A stretch of DNA of 63,959 nt, counting the filler, from an uncultured bacterium (lineage in GTDB: Bacteria; CAZSTA01): assembly GCA_964609495.1 (NCBI GenBank). It is 5 parts of 5 records of this genome, joined end to end, with 100 filler letters (N's around TTAATTAATTAA, not from the genome) between each part and the next. Parts side by side here need not be neighbours in the genome. Positions count along the whole stretch, not along the records: positions 1 to 13,447 come from CAZSTA010000095.1; 4 more parts are not named here. One strand, written 5' to 3'. Below, one piece after another: positions 1-9,745 of the stretch (positions within the stretch are counted from its first letter, which is position 1; the number at the start of each line of letters is the position of its first letter). The notes under the pieces are model-generated. The model was given only the letters and a program-made list of their open reading frames with translations. It was not told the origin of the DNA and did not search any database. The position numbers were made by a program, and so were the translations under genes.

Positions 1-85
1 CGAGGGGAGAGGGAACACTGAGATTGAACTAAAGCCCTTTAGTCCCCCCTCCCTTGATGGGAGGGGGTTAGGGGGAGGGTGATAA
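1..85. repeat. REP-like palindromic repeat (partial, at contig start)
   Basis: GC-rich hairpin CCCTCCCTTGATGGGAGGGG; 1-55 is nearly the reverse complement of 53112-53163 and 53257-53309. Confidence 0.8.
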
Positions 86-115
86 TTAACAAGATTCTTT
101 GATAGCCTTATTAAT

Positions 116-391
116 TCAGCAAAAACCAAGATGGGGGGGTGATTTAAGGTCAATTCCTGGAATCGGTATATTGATCTCTATGATCTTATCTTCGTAAGAT
201 TTAAGAGCTGGAGGCAAGGGATCTCCATGTTCAATATAGGATTCGATCAGCTTTCTAGCCACATCCTGAGCTATTTCTATAGTCTCCGCTATAGTTCTCC
301 CCTGGGCTAGAAAACCCGGAAGATCAGGACAGGTAGCTAGAAATTCCCCTTCCTCTAGTAGCTCGATCTTAATAGACAGAAGATATTCCAT
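116..391 (-). CDS. hicB: HicB-like antitoxin (no hicA in view)
   Basis: FLATCPDLPGFLAQGRTIAETIEIAQD matches the HicB/UPF0150 motif; RBS-like AGGAGGGG upstream. Confidence 0.85.
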   Translation of the reverse strand: MEYLLSIKIELLEEGEFLATCPDLPGFLAQGRTIAETIEIAQDVARKLIESYIEHGDPLPPALKSYEDKIIEINIPIPGIDLKSPPHLGFC

Positions 392-488
392 CTTCTCCCC
401 TCCTATTTCTCCACCTCAAGTTTCCCATCGACTAGGCGAAAAACTCGATCCGATCTGCTTGACAAGGACTCATCATGGGCAGTTGCCA
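362..488 (-). repeat. Diverged direct repeat, copy A (lolD 3' end plus hicB start)
   Basis: Aligns with 2558-2684; encodes [25 protein letters not shown] then MEYLLSIKIE. Confidence 0.9.
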
Positions 489-491
489 TAT

Positions 492-2516
492 TTAGTTCTC
501 CATTTGGAAGCTTTTAAAAATTTCTTCCATCTCCCGCCTAGCACAAATTTTCATCTCAATTATATCGGAAACTTTCTTTATGATTTCCTCCATGACCTCT
601 CTATCTTTGGGAATTGGTAGCTTAACTTCATATATCCTATTCCCCACGGTGGATATCGTGGCTTGAACAAAAGTTTTTGCTCTTATTTGTCGCTGAACTA
701 TATCTGTATTAAGCAGATAAAGGAGTAAGTAAGAGGGCAATTCTTGCGGTCTTATGCATCTGATTCGTCTAATGTGACTTTGAATCACAATTTTTTTATC
801 AAGTGAAGTTACTATGGCTGTTCGCCCAATGAGAAATGTCCCATCCATAATTAATAAAATATCGTTTTCACGAATATCTTGATTCTTTTTATATCTCTCA
901 TAAACTTCTTCGGGAATACACTTTATAGGATCTATCTTTATTTCCCAGTTAACAATATCAGAGGTTCTGATGAAGGGTATATCCCCCATTCCATAATATT
1001 GTGAACCAACTTCATTTCCTCTCTTTATAGATAATAACCGATTTTCTATTAATTCTTTTATACTTGCTAAGGTATATTTCCCACCCTCTTCTATCTTCTT
1101 TAGTTTCTCTTCTATCTCAGGATCATAGTAATTTGGAATTAGGATAGAGTCTTTAATCTCTGAAAGTTTGACAACAAAGCCCAAATGATCATAATGATAT
1201 AGTCTATTTTCTTTAAACAACCTATATCTTTCGGTTATCTCTGGTAAATCATCATCAATTATTTTATTACCCCTTTCATCCAAAATATACTCACCTCTCC
1301 CATCCATCTGGTAGGCTATTTTACCGTTTTTATCGTGTCCTACTTTATCGGCTATTGCCATAAAGATCTCATAATCTTCTACCGCTGTGTTTGGTTCTTT
1401 CTTTTCTAAAAATAATATGCTCGTTTTGGTATGGGTGCTCGGTAAGAAAGTTTCAGGAGCTAAACTGACTATCGCTAATATTCTCGCTTCCTGCAAAATA
1501 TATTGCAGTATATACCTATCACTTGGATTCCCAAAGATGCCATCGGGAAGAACTATAGCCATTCTCCCGCCAGGTTTTAATAATTGAAGACATCTCTCTA
1601 TAAATAGGATCTGCGGGACCTGCTTTGAAATTATATTTGAACTTTTCCACCTGCCCTGCCTTGCCTTATTCCATTTGTGTCCCAGCATATAATTTTTTAA
1701 AATTTTCCGATCTTCTATCGAAATTCTTGCTCCAAAGGGCGGATTAGTAAGCACAAGGTCAAAACTCCCGTCTTTTATCTTCTCCCTTATTTCCATTGAC
1801 CATGATGAAATGTCAAGTGAATCAGCACAAAAAATATTAGAATGCCCATCTCCAACAATTGACATATATACCTTACATATCTTGGCTAAATCTATCTCCT
1901 TATCAATCCCGAAAATATTGCTAAAGGCTCTTTTCTCATCCAAATAGGCTATGCACTCCACTAAAAAACCTCCCGACCCACAGGCAGGATCAATTATTTT
2001 CTCTGAAGGCTTGGGATCGAGAATTTCCACACACATTTTGACAACATTTCTGGGAGTGAAGAACTGTCCCTTTTCGCCTCTTAATCCAGATCCCCAGAAA
2101 GCTTGAAAAGCCTCACTTATTACATCTCTTTCTGTTTCCAAAAGTCTATAATTCTGAAGTTGGTCCACTACATAAATAATAGATTTATCGTCAAGATACA
2201 ATCTTTCTTCCTTATCAAATACATCTGGGAACCTCTCTTTAACCTCTTCAAATAGGATCTTTATTCTATTTGAAACTTCACATTCTTCTTCATCGGGATA
2301 TATTTTAAACTTAGACTTTTCCTCATTATGCAATTCATCGTAGATTTTACAAAATAGGAGGCGGGTCATCTCAGCTCCAAGTCTCTCTGCCCTGGGTATA
2401 TTACTATTGGTATAAAGATAATAATGAATACGCTTAAAGATCTCGGGAAGACTCGGAAGGAACAACGTAGTTGAGAACAAATCTATCTTATCTGTCGGGT
2501 AATTTCTTTTTGCCAT
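492..2516 (-). CDS. N6-adenine DNA methyltransferase (HsdM-like) with C-terminal specificity (TRD/HsdS-like) region
   Basis: GQFFTPR, DPACGSGGF (motif I), NPPF (motif IV), TRD-like C-terminus; visibly more AT-rich than neighbours. Confidence 0.9.
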   Translation of the reverse strand: MAKRNYPTDKIDLFSTTLFLPSLPEIFKRIHYYLYTNSNIPRAERLGAEMTRLLFCKIYDELHNEEKSKFKIYPDEEECEVSNRIKILFEEVKERFPDVFDKEERLYLDDKSIIYVVDQLQNYRLLETERDVISEAFQAFWGSGLRGEKGQFFTPRNVVKMCVEILDPKPSEKIIDPACGSGGFLVECIAYLDEKRAFSNIFGIDKEIDLAKICKVYMSIVGDGHSNIFCADSLDISSWSMEIREKIKDGSFDLVLTNPPFGARISIEDRKILKNYMLGHKWNKARQGRWKSSNIISKQVPQILFIERCLQLLKPGGRMAIVLPDGIFGNPSDRYILQYILQEARILAIVSLAPETFLPSTHTKTSILFLEKKEPNTAVEDYEIFMAIADKVGHDKNGKIAYQMDGRGEYILDERGNKIIDDDLPEITERYRLFKENRLYHYDHLGFVVKLSEIKDSILIPNYYDPEIEEKLKKIEEGGKYTLASIKELIENRLLSIKRGNEVGSQYYGMGDIPFIRTSDIVNWEIKIDPIKCIPEEVYERYKKNQDIRENDILLIMDGTFLIGRTAIVTSLDKKIVIQSHIRRIRCIRPQELPSYLLLYLLNTDIVQRQIRAKTFVQATISTVGNRIYEVKLPIPKDREVMEEIIKKVSDIIEMKICARREMEEIFKSFQMEN

Positions 2517-2557
2517 TATAAGTCACCTTGTTTTTATTCTTCAAAGACCACTAAAGC

Positions 2558-2684
2558 CTCGATCTTAATAGACAAGAGATATTCCATCTTCTTCCTCCTA
2601 TTTCTCCGCCACAAGCTTCCCATCCACTAGACGAAAAACCCGATCCGCTCTACTCGACAAAGTCTCATCGTGGGTAGCTACGAT
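2558..2684 (-). repeat. Diverged direct repeat, copy B (functional lolD end plus truncated hicB start)
   Basis: After the lolD stop reads MEYLLSIKIEALVVFEE*; the first 10 residues equal HicB. Confidence 0.9.
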
Positions 2685-3284
2685 AAAGGTTACCTCTTTG
2701 GAATCAACCAGTTGCCGCATAAGATCATATACGGCCTCGCTAGTGACTTTGTCCAGATTCCCAGTCGGTTCATCGGCTAATACTAAGCTAGGTCGGTTGA
2801 TCAAAGCTCTGGCTAAAGCTACCCTCTGTTGTTCTCCTCCTGATTACTCAGTCGGCTTGTGATAGATCCTCTCTTCCAATCCCACCTCTGTTAGTAATCT
2901 CTTAGCGGAAGGGATTAATTTCTCCCTGTTCCTCTCTCCTCCGATCAAAGCTGGGATCATAACATTTTCCAGGGCATCGAATTCGGGCAGAAGATAATGA
3001 AACTGGAAGACGAAACCTATCGAACGATTCCTAACTTCGGCTCTTTTCCTCTCAGCTAGGGTGAAGATATCCTCACCGTCTAAGATCACCCTCCCCTGGG
3101 TAGGAGTGTCTAACAATCCCAAGAGATGAAGCAAGGTCGATTTTCCTGAGCCAGAAGCTCCGATGACCGCCAGAAGTTCACCTTTGACGACCGTCAAATC
3201 CACTCCTTTCAAGACCGGGATAGGAACTTTGTTATAATAAGTCTTATATAGACTTTCCACCGCTAAGAATTGGGAATTATCCAT
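2598..3284 (-). pseudogene. lolD: LolD/MacB-type ABC ATPase interrupted by an in-frame TAA at 2844-2846
   Basis: GASGSGKST Walker [24 protein letters not shown] (stop replaces Leu of LSGG), [10 protein letters not shown]; both halves in one frame; may be a sequencing error. Confidence 0.8.
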
Positions 3285-4440
3285 AGCGTAATATCTCCAC
3301 TGGATCGAAACGAGCCGCACGGCGAGCGGGGAAGATGCTGGCTACAATGCTGACTATCAGCGCGAAGATTACCACATAAGCGAAATCGCTGAACTCCATA
3401 AGAACTGGTAGCGAATCGATATAATATACATCTGTCGGTAACTTAATAAACTGATATTGGGAGAGCAGGACGCAGAGAAGATATCCTCCGGTAACCCCTA
3501 CCGCACAGCCTATGGTACTTGTGATGAATCCCTGCCAAAGAAAGATCAGGGATATGCTCCTCCTCGTGGCTCCCATTGCCTTTAGGATGCCTATCTCCTG
3601 AGATTTCTCCATAACCCGCATAACGAGAGCGTTCGCCATTCCGATAGCCGCGACCACCACCGTGAGAAAGACAACGATGAACATAACATTCTTCTCCAGA
3701 GCTAAAGCGGCCAGGAGATTGCGATTAGTATCCTGCCAAGTGCGCGCCCATAATCTCGTGCGAACTGATATCTCGGTGGCGATAGGTGCTACGTTCTCCG
3801 GATTCCTAACCCTAACTGCTATACCTGAGACTCCCTCTCCATATCCATACAACTGTTGAGCGGCAGCTAAAGAGACAAGAGCTACTCGGCTATCAACTAG
3901 GTAATTGCCCGATTTGAAGAGACCGTCTATTCTTAACTCCGCTATCTGACCGAAAGAGGAAGCGGCTATGATTATATCTCCCTTATCCACCCCTAGAAAT
4001 AGAGCTAGCTCCTCCCCTAAGAAAGCGCTGTTTAAGGACATAGAATCTATATCCCCCTCTACTATGATCTCATCTAAAGAGGTAACATATCTCTCCTGCT
4101 CAGGAACTATACCTCGAATGGCCGCTCCTACCGTCCTTGAACCATAGGAGAACAGAGTATCCTCCATAATATAGGGCGAAGCGGCTACTACTCCCTCTAT
4201 CTCCAGAATCCTCTCCCTCATCACCTCGTAATCCTCGAGAACAACTTGCCTTATAGGAAGGACCTCGATGTGAGGAGTAGCCCCTAGGGTCTTATCGATT
4301 AGATCCTGATTGAAGCCATTGGCTAAGGATAAAACAACTGTGAGAACTATCACTCCGATAGCGACCCCGGAGACGGTGATCAAAGTCTGTTTCTTTCTCG
4401 CTATTAAATGCCGTAAGGCTATATAAAGCTCGAAGCTCAT
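3277..4440 (-). CDS. LolC/E-family (FtsX/MacB-like) ABC permease
   Basis: MSFELYIALRHL N-terminus, EIGILKAMGA, PARRAARFDPVEILRYG; overlaps lolD-like start. Confidence 0.85.
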   Translation of the reverse strand: MSFELYIALRHLIARKKQTLITVSGVAIGVIVLTVVLSLANGFNQDLIDKTLGATPHIEVLPIRQVVLEDYEVMRERILEIEGVVAASPYIMEDTLFSYGSRTVGAAIRGIVPEQERYVTSLDEIIVEGDIDSMSLNSAFLGEELALFLGVDKGDIIIAASSFGQIAELRIDGLFKSGNYLVDSRVALVSLAAAQQLYGYGEGVSGIAVRVRNPENVAPIATEISVRTRLWARTWQDTNRNLLAALALEKNVMFIVVFLTVVVAAIGMANALVMRVMEKSQEIGILKAMGATRRSISLIFLWQGFITSTIGCAVGVTGGYLLCVLLSQYQFIKLPTDVYYIDSLPVLMEFSDFAYVVIFALIVSIVASIFPARRAARFDPVEILRYG

Positions 4441-5528
4441 CGCTTATTCTCCAATATCTCTAAAACTCGCTTTCCGTCCTCTAAAGCTCTATCGCGAAGA
4501 ATAGAAACTTTATCCCTTAGCTTCCTCTTTATCTCCTCTTTATTATCCCAAGTAGCGAAGATTTTTTCAAGTAGTTTATCCGCATTGATATCTTGTAGAG
4601 GAAGAACTTCCAACTCCAGTTGCGATAGTATCCGTCCAACTTTGGGATCGTAACCTAAGCCTACTGAAGGGACTCCCATAACTCCTGCCATAATTAGAGA
4701 ATGCAACCTCATACCGATCACTAAATCTAACGAACCAATAAGCCTCATCAAATCTCTAGGGTGATAGAATCTATTGAGAACCAAACCCTTATGCCTGAGA
4801 CGAGAGGATAAGCGCTGGCATAATTCTTCGTCATAGGGGAAATGCATAGGGATAAAGATTATATGAGCTTTCCAACGTTCGCTTATATAATCTAAACTAC
4901 GAACTATCGCCTCTTGCAGTTCACCCCTACCTTGAGAGATAAGATGTCGGGGAGCTATCCCTATCAGATGTTCCGAAGCAACCCCAAGTTCCTCCAAAAT
5001 TTGCTCTCCCCTATCTGGAGAAGATGGATTCAGCGCAAAGACCGGATCGGCGCTCACCAAGATCGGAGGAGAATTTACCCCTAAGGAGATAAGATCATCG
5101 CGAGAGGCCGAATCACGAACGGTGATCATATCCATCCGTTTGGCAACAAACTGAACGATAGATCGGCTTAAACTTCTCTGTAATGGTCCCACTCCTTGTC
5201 CATAAAAACCAGTCTTTCTCCCCAACGCTTTAGCTAGCAACATCAGACCAGCATAATAGAAGAGGCTGCGTTGGCTGGTTGAATCCTGAAATAATCCTCC
5301 CCCTCCCGCCAGCACCAGATCCGCCTTCCCGATTTTATCGATGATCTCCAAACTCCGATTGCGTGATAAAGCCTCGATCCCATAATCCTTTTCGGTGTTA
5401 TAAGGATCGGCCGAGAGCGCAGTTACCCTTATATCTGCGTTACGCAAAATATCGCTTATAGAGGCGAGGATAGCCTCATCTCCAGTATTAGCAAAGCCAT
5501 AATATCCCACTAGAAATACATTATACAT
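4437..5528 (-). CDS. csaB: Polysaccharide pyruvyl transferase CsaB
   Basis: GYYGFANTGDEAIL, GGGGLFQDSTS, GMRLHSLI, YDPKV. Confidence 0.9.
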   Translation of the reverse strand: MYNVFLVGYYGFANTGDEAILASISDILRNADIRVTALSADPYNTEKDYGIEALSRNRSLEIIDKIGKADLVLAGGGGLFQDSTSQRSLFYYAGLMLLAKALGRKTGFYGQGVGPLQRSLSRSIVQFVAKRMDMITVRDSASRDDLISLGVNSPPILVSADPVFALNPSSPDRGEQILEELGVASEHLIGIAPRHLISQGRGELQEAIVRSLDYISERWKAHIIFIPMHFPYDEELCQRLSSRLRHKGLVLNRFYHPRDLMRLIGSLDLVIGMRLHSLIMAGVMGVPSVGLGYDPKVGRILSQLELEVLPLQDINADKLLEKIFATWDNKEEIKRKLRDKVSILRDRALEDGKRVLEILENKR

Positions 5529-7548
5529 TTCGAAAAGAAAGAGTTTTCCTTATCCTCTTCCGCAAGTTACGTAGCAAGTAGTATATAACTATCAATATCG
5601 CTCCAATTAAAGATCCAAAGATCAAGCCGTAGAAAGTTCTCATCAGAGATAAGATTATCGGAGTATGGAGATGGGTAAAGGTATTGACTATATCAGTCTG
5701 TCCGATCAGACCTATGAGTATTAGGGGTAATACATAATTTCTATCCTTAAGCGCATAAGCGGCGACAGCCAACATAATCGCTGGATGTCCGATCAGAAAT
5801 TCTTTAGAGCGAGGACGAGCAGGTAATGTTCGCTCCAAGAATAGCCTCATCTTCTCCTCTAAATCGAAGACCGGGATATAGGAGAAATTACCAGTTCGGC
5901 TGATGAAGATGAAAGCTACTATACCTATCAATACCACCCAAATTATATGCCTATTTAAAATGGGGCGATTCACCCATTCATCGAGAGCCTCTCCCACCCT
6001 ACCCCTATTCGGAAGATAAAGCTGAATTAGAAATACCGCGATTATCGGGATTATAAAGGATATCTTGACCCCTCGAAATTGATCTATCTTTAGCAAAAAA
6101 TGAGTATCAGTAAGTAGAGCCGCTACGATCAACCCTCCTATCAAGGATACCAAGCTAACTTTAAATAAGATCAGGATCGCCCTACCAATTATCCCTGGAA
6201 GCGTCCTCGATTCCATAGCTATCCTCTCTCTACTCCAAAGGGCTAGAATCGGGAAGAAACAAGCTCCTCCTAGAGCTAAGATCTTCCTCGCCCAACCAAT
6301 CTTACCCACGATAAGAAGAGCTATAAAAGATATTACCGCTAGGATAACTAGGATTATAAGATAGTTTGATGGTAATTCCAGATGTCTATAGAGAAGCATA
6401 CCAGCCGCCACTATTCCCGCGCTTAATATTATCAGATAGATGAGATTCGGATTGAGATCGGTAAAGATGCCTGCCTTCTCTATCACGAATCCTGATTTTC
6501 GTATCGATTTGGTAGTGCTTCGCACATACTCTATATTAAAATCTATCAGATCCTTATTCTCCTCTCCCTCGGGCAAGGACATAAAGGGCCTGATATACAG
6601 AAGTCTGACATTGCGTCCCCAGGCGGCTCCGGTCCAACGAGCAACAGCCCTCGACAAAGATATATTCTCCATCTCCTTCGGCAAAATGCTATGAACACGA
6701 ACTATACCTTGTCCGGACTGCCCCGCTAAATAACCTAATCCCTTCTGCCAGGCTTCCTTCTCCAATAACTCTATTAGACCTATCCTCAGCCCCCTCTCCC
6801 TTAATTTAGTCGAGATAAACGGGAGGAATTCCTTATATCCTAAAACCTCGCTTCCCGCAAAGATGAGGGTTGAAATAGGCTCTATCCCATCTAATTCCGC
6901 AAAGATGAAATTTATATCATCCTCTTTAACATGGAGAGGATTAATAATTCTAGGGACTATTGCCAAGCCCTTATCCTCGGCTAGCTTCATCTCCCTACCG
7001 ATGAATCCCAGACTTATCCCCAGAAGTTCTCTCCTATTCCCAACTACCTCCAGAGCGAAATTCTTCCCATCGCTGAATATCCCCACTTTATCCTCTCCCG
7101 CTCTTCTTCTCAAAGCATCTCTAAGGCGAGGTAATAGATCCTTTCTTTCCGTTAAAATATAGGTATGCGATGGAACTATATCCCCCTCCTTCAACATATC
7201 CTTTAGAAGAGGATTGACCACACCCTCTAGTCGATCGGCATCTATTATATCTTTTCCGGTGATAAAGGTGATCTCAGCCTCGTTAGAAAGAGTTCCCAAA
7301 GTAGTTTCATAGATCGCCAGAGAAGTTATACCTGCCTCTTTAAGACGGGACAAAAATTCTCCCGTATCATATCCAGCTATATCCTCGCATAGCTCTTCTC
7401 CTGCTTGATAATCAAAGGTCAACTCAACCTGATCATTAGCCCTTTCCACCGAGGAACGATCGATCCCGATCCCAACAGCGACTAAAAGGGCTATGAAGAT
7501 AACAGAGGTTAAAATCGCATTAATCCTGCTATTCTTGTTCTTCTTCAC
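5521..7548 (-). CDS. DUF5693-like membrane protein (usual csaB neighbour)
   Basis: FRGVK, RPRSKEFLIGHP, VNTFTHLHTP motifs; multiple C-terminal TM helices. Confidence 0.75.
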   Translation of the reverse strand: MKKNKNSRINAILTSVIFIALLVAVGIGIDRSSVERANDQVELTFDYQAGEELCEDIAGYDTGEFLSRLKEAGITSLAIYETTLGTLSNEAEITFITGKDIIDADRLEGVVNPLLKDMLKEGDIVPSHTYILTERKDLLPRLRDALRRRAGEDKVGIFSDGKNFALEVVGNRRELLGISLGFIGREMKLAEDKGLAIVPRIINPLHVKEDDINFIFAELDGIEPISTLIFAGSEVLGYKEFLPFISTKLRERGLRIGLIELLEKEAWQKGLGYLAGQSGQGIVRVHSILPKEMENISLSRAVARWTGAAWGRNVRLLYIRPFMSLPEGEENKDLIDFNIEYVRSTTKSIRKSGFVIEKAGIFTDLNPNLIYLIILSAGIVAAGMLLYRHLELPSNYLIILVILAVISFIALLIVGKIGWARKILALGGACFFPILALWSRERIAMESRTLPGIIGRAILILFKVSLVSLIGGLIVAALLTDTHFLLKIDQFRGVKISFIIPIIAVFLIQLYLPNRGRVGEALDEWVNRPILNRHIIWVVLIGIVAFIFISRTGNFSYIPVFDLEEKMRLFLERTLPARPRSKEFLIGHPAIMLAVAAYALKDRNYVLPLILIGLIGQTDIVNTFTHLHTPIILSLMRTFYGLIFGSLIGAILIVIYYLLRNLRKRIRKTLSFRNV

Positions 7549-8779
7549 TCTCTTTTTCTTCCTCCTCCCATCTCCTCAAAACCTGAGCACGGCGATGACG
7601 AATAATTAAATAAGCCAGTAGAACTAAAATAGCCGCGGGTAAGAAAGGGGCAACGTTAAGGAAAGCTAAAATAACTCTCGCAAAATTATTCCCTACATAA
7701 GAGGCTTTAAGCCACCTCATCCAATCTCCATCAAGAGAAGTAATATCCTTGGAAGTAAACTTCCATAAGGCTTCCTCGAAGCTAACTCCCTCCGCTAAAG
7801 AGGTCTCTATATTCGTCAAGATATCTTCCCCATAATTTGAGACTAAATATTCTATAACTTTATAACTTTGAGCATAAGCTAAGGATATATCGTCATCACT
7901 TAACATCGCAAAGTCGCTCATCTCATAGAGATTTAAAGTGCTCTCTCTTACCACAGCTAAAAGCACCAAGTTTTGACGCCAGAAGTTAAACTCCCCCGCC
8001 AGATAAGTTGCTAATCCTTCATTGAACCAAGCTGGAACTGTATAATTATTATTAGTAGCTTGCCCAAAGACTATATGAACAAATTCATGGTGTAATAGAC
8101 CTTCGATATCGACAGGTTTTATTATGATCAGGTTGAACTCAGGATAGGTGCTTCCCGCCTCCCAAGTTCGATCCCTTCCCACCGCCTCCATATAATCTTG
8201 ATGGCTGATATATAAGTAAATATTTATCTTCTGAGGAGGGATAAACTTCAAAGCCTCGGTTACCGAGCGATAAATCTTCTCTGCCGAAGAAGATACCTTT
8301 CTCCCGATCTTACCTTTGCCCTTCGGATAATAGACATAAAAGTGATCGCTCTCAATAATCTGCCAAGCGAAGCTTTCATCCCTATAGATCAGACTTTTAA
8401 TATCACCTCTAGTTATCCCTCCCTCAATATCCTCCCAACACCACCGGAAGTAAATTACTGTCCCAGCCGGGATATCTCCTGCTTCAGCTTCGACTCGACT
8501 GATAAGAGAGAGCTTCGAAAGAGGAGGAGCTAACTTATGAGGGGTGAGCTGAAAGATGAGTTTCAAGGGTTCCTCCTTGAAACCCAATTCCACCCATGCT
8601 CGAACTATCTTCCTCTCCCCTTCGATCTCAAGATGAAATATTATCTCTTCTCCAAAATGCACCTCTGCCCAACTCTTGCTCGTCCAAGAATTATGATAAT
8701 ACGCAAGCGCAGGATAGATCGATATATAGGCAAAAATAAACAGCAGACAACCTGCTATTAATGCTCTTGAATATCTCAC
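7529..8779 (-). CDS. Exported MA-clan (gluzincin) metallopeptidase with C-terminal membrane anchor
   Basis: Signal peptide, HEFVH plus PAWFNEGLATY, C-terminal TM helix. Confidence 0.8.
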   Translation of the reverse strand: MRYSRALIAGCLLFIFAYISIYPALAYYHNSWTSKSWAEVHFGEEIIFHLEIEGERKIVRAWVELGFKEEPLKLIFQLTPHKLAPPLSKLSLISRVEAEAGDIPAGTVIYFRWCWEDIEGGITRGDIKSLIYRDESFAWQIIESDHFYVYYPKGKGKIGRKVSSSAEKIYRSVTEALKFIPPQKINIYLYISHQDYMEAVGRDRTWEAGSTYPEFNLIIIKPVDIEGLLHHEFVHIVFGQATNNNYTVPAWFNEGLATYLAGEFNFWRQNLVLLAVVRESTLNLYEMSDFAMLSDDDISLAYAQSYKVIEYLVSNYGEDILTNIETSLAEGVSFEEALWKFTSKDITSLDGDWMRWLKASYVGNNFARVILAFLNVAPFLPAAILVLLAYLIIRHRRAQVLRRWEEEEKESEEEQE

Positions 8780-8780
8780 A

Positions 8781-9329
8781 TCACTCTAACCCCAACTGAG
8801 CGGATATCTTCTGCATCGCTCGTAAACTAATAGTGATGAATTCCTCCAAAGATAAGCCTAGATTCTCGCAAGTAGCGATATTCCTCCGATTAGCTCCTCT
8901 AGCAAAAGATTTCTCTTTAAAACGATTGAGGACAAATTGAGTATCGATCGAATTCAAGCTCTTGTCAGGATGGATAAGGGCAGCCGCCACGATCAACCCG
9001 GTTAAAGGATCGACTGCGAATAGAGCTTTGTCCAATTTTGTCTCAGGTTCAATATGTCCAGCATGAGCTTTAATAGCCTGCTTGATATCCTCCTCTACTC
9101 CTAGCTCCTCCAACATTTGAACGCTTACTAATCCGTGTTGCTTGGGATCTTGAACGGTCTTCTCATAGTCAACATCATGAATTATACCTACTAACCCCCA
9201 TAATTCCTCATCCTCCCCAAGCCTTACCGCTAAGTCCCTCATCACGGCTTCAGTTGCCAACATATGTTTTCTAAGATTGCGATTCTTGACATTCTTCTTG
9301 ACTAATTCCCAGGCTTCCTCTCTATTCAT
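8781..9329 (-). CDS. HDIG/HD-domain phosphohydrolase
   Basis: LRKHMLA, HDVDYE, KEKSFARGANR; start at MNREEAW after GGAAGGAG. Confidence 0.85.
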   Translation of the reverse strand: MNREEAWELVKKNVKNRNLRKHMLATEAVMRDLAVRLGEDEELWGLVGIIHDVDYEKTVQDPKQHGLVSVQMLEELGVEEDIKQAIKAHAGHIEPETKLDKALFAVDPLTGLIVAAALIHPDKSLNSIDTQFVLNRFKEKSFARGANRRNIATCENLGLSLEEFITISLRAMQKISAQLGLE

Positions 9330-9365
9330 AAATATAGCTCCTTCCAGGTATAAATCCAATACAAC

Positions 9366-9569
9366 AAAACCCCACCGTGCCGTTTTTGCCTCCGGGTAAT
9401 TTTGAACCCGTCTATGGACAAGTGGGTGCTCTACTAGTAACAGAAGAGGATTTCGTAGAGGCTCTTATGTCCCCTCGTGAATTACTCCCTGGTGTTCCAG
9501 AAATCGAGCTCCCTGTGTATAGGTGTTGGGTCAAAATTTTCTAAGGCTATACGGACACGGTCGGGTCTT
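9366..9569 (-). ncRNA. ssrS: 6S RNA
   Basis: ~200 nt with paired ends (ACCCGACCGTGTCCGT / ACGGCACGGTGGGGT), inner TTTTGACCC / GGGTTCAAAA pairing, GGGAGC and CACCCAC elements; own promoter. Confidence 0.8.
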
Positions 9570-9610
9570 ATAAAGCGAAGGTGAGGTTAAGAACCTCGTT
9601 CGCCATTCTA

Positions 9611-9639
9611 ATTATATCACAAATCTCAGCCCTTTGCAA
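9611..9639 (-). promoter_or_regulatory. sigma70 promoter for the 6S RNA
   Basis: TTGCAA-N17-TATAAT. Confidence 0.75.
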
Positions 9640-9700
9640 GCTTCTACGCAAAAATGCCCCTTTTTTAGATAATAAAGTCTATTATTCCTTGTATAATGCT

Positions 9701-9728
9701 AAAAGACCGCACCTTGAAGTGCGGCCTT
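9701..9728 (-). terminator. Intrinsic terminator after the eRF1-like gene
   Basis: GGCCGCAC-TTCAAG-GTGCGGTC followed by TTTT on the minus strand. Confidence 0.6.
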
Positions 9729-9745
9729 CCTTTACCTTTAATTAT

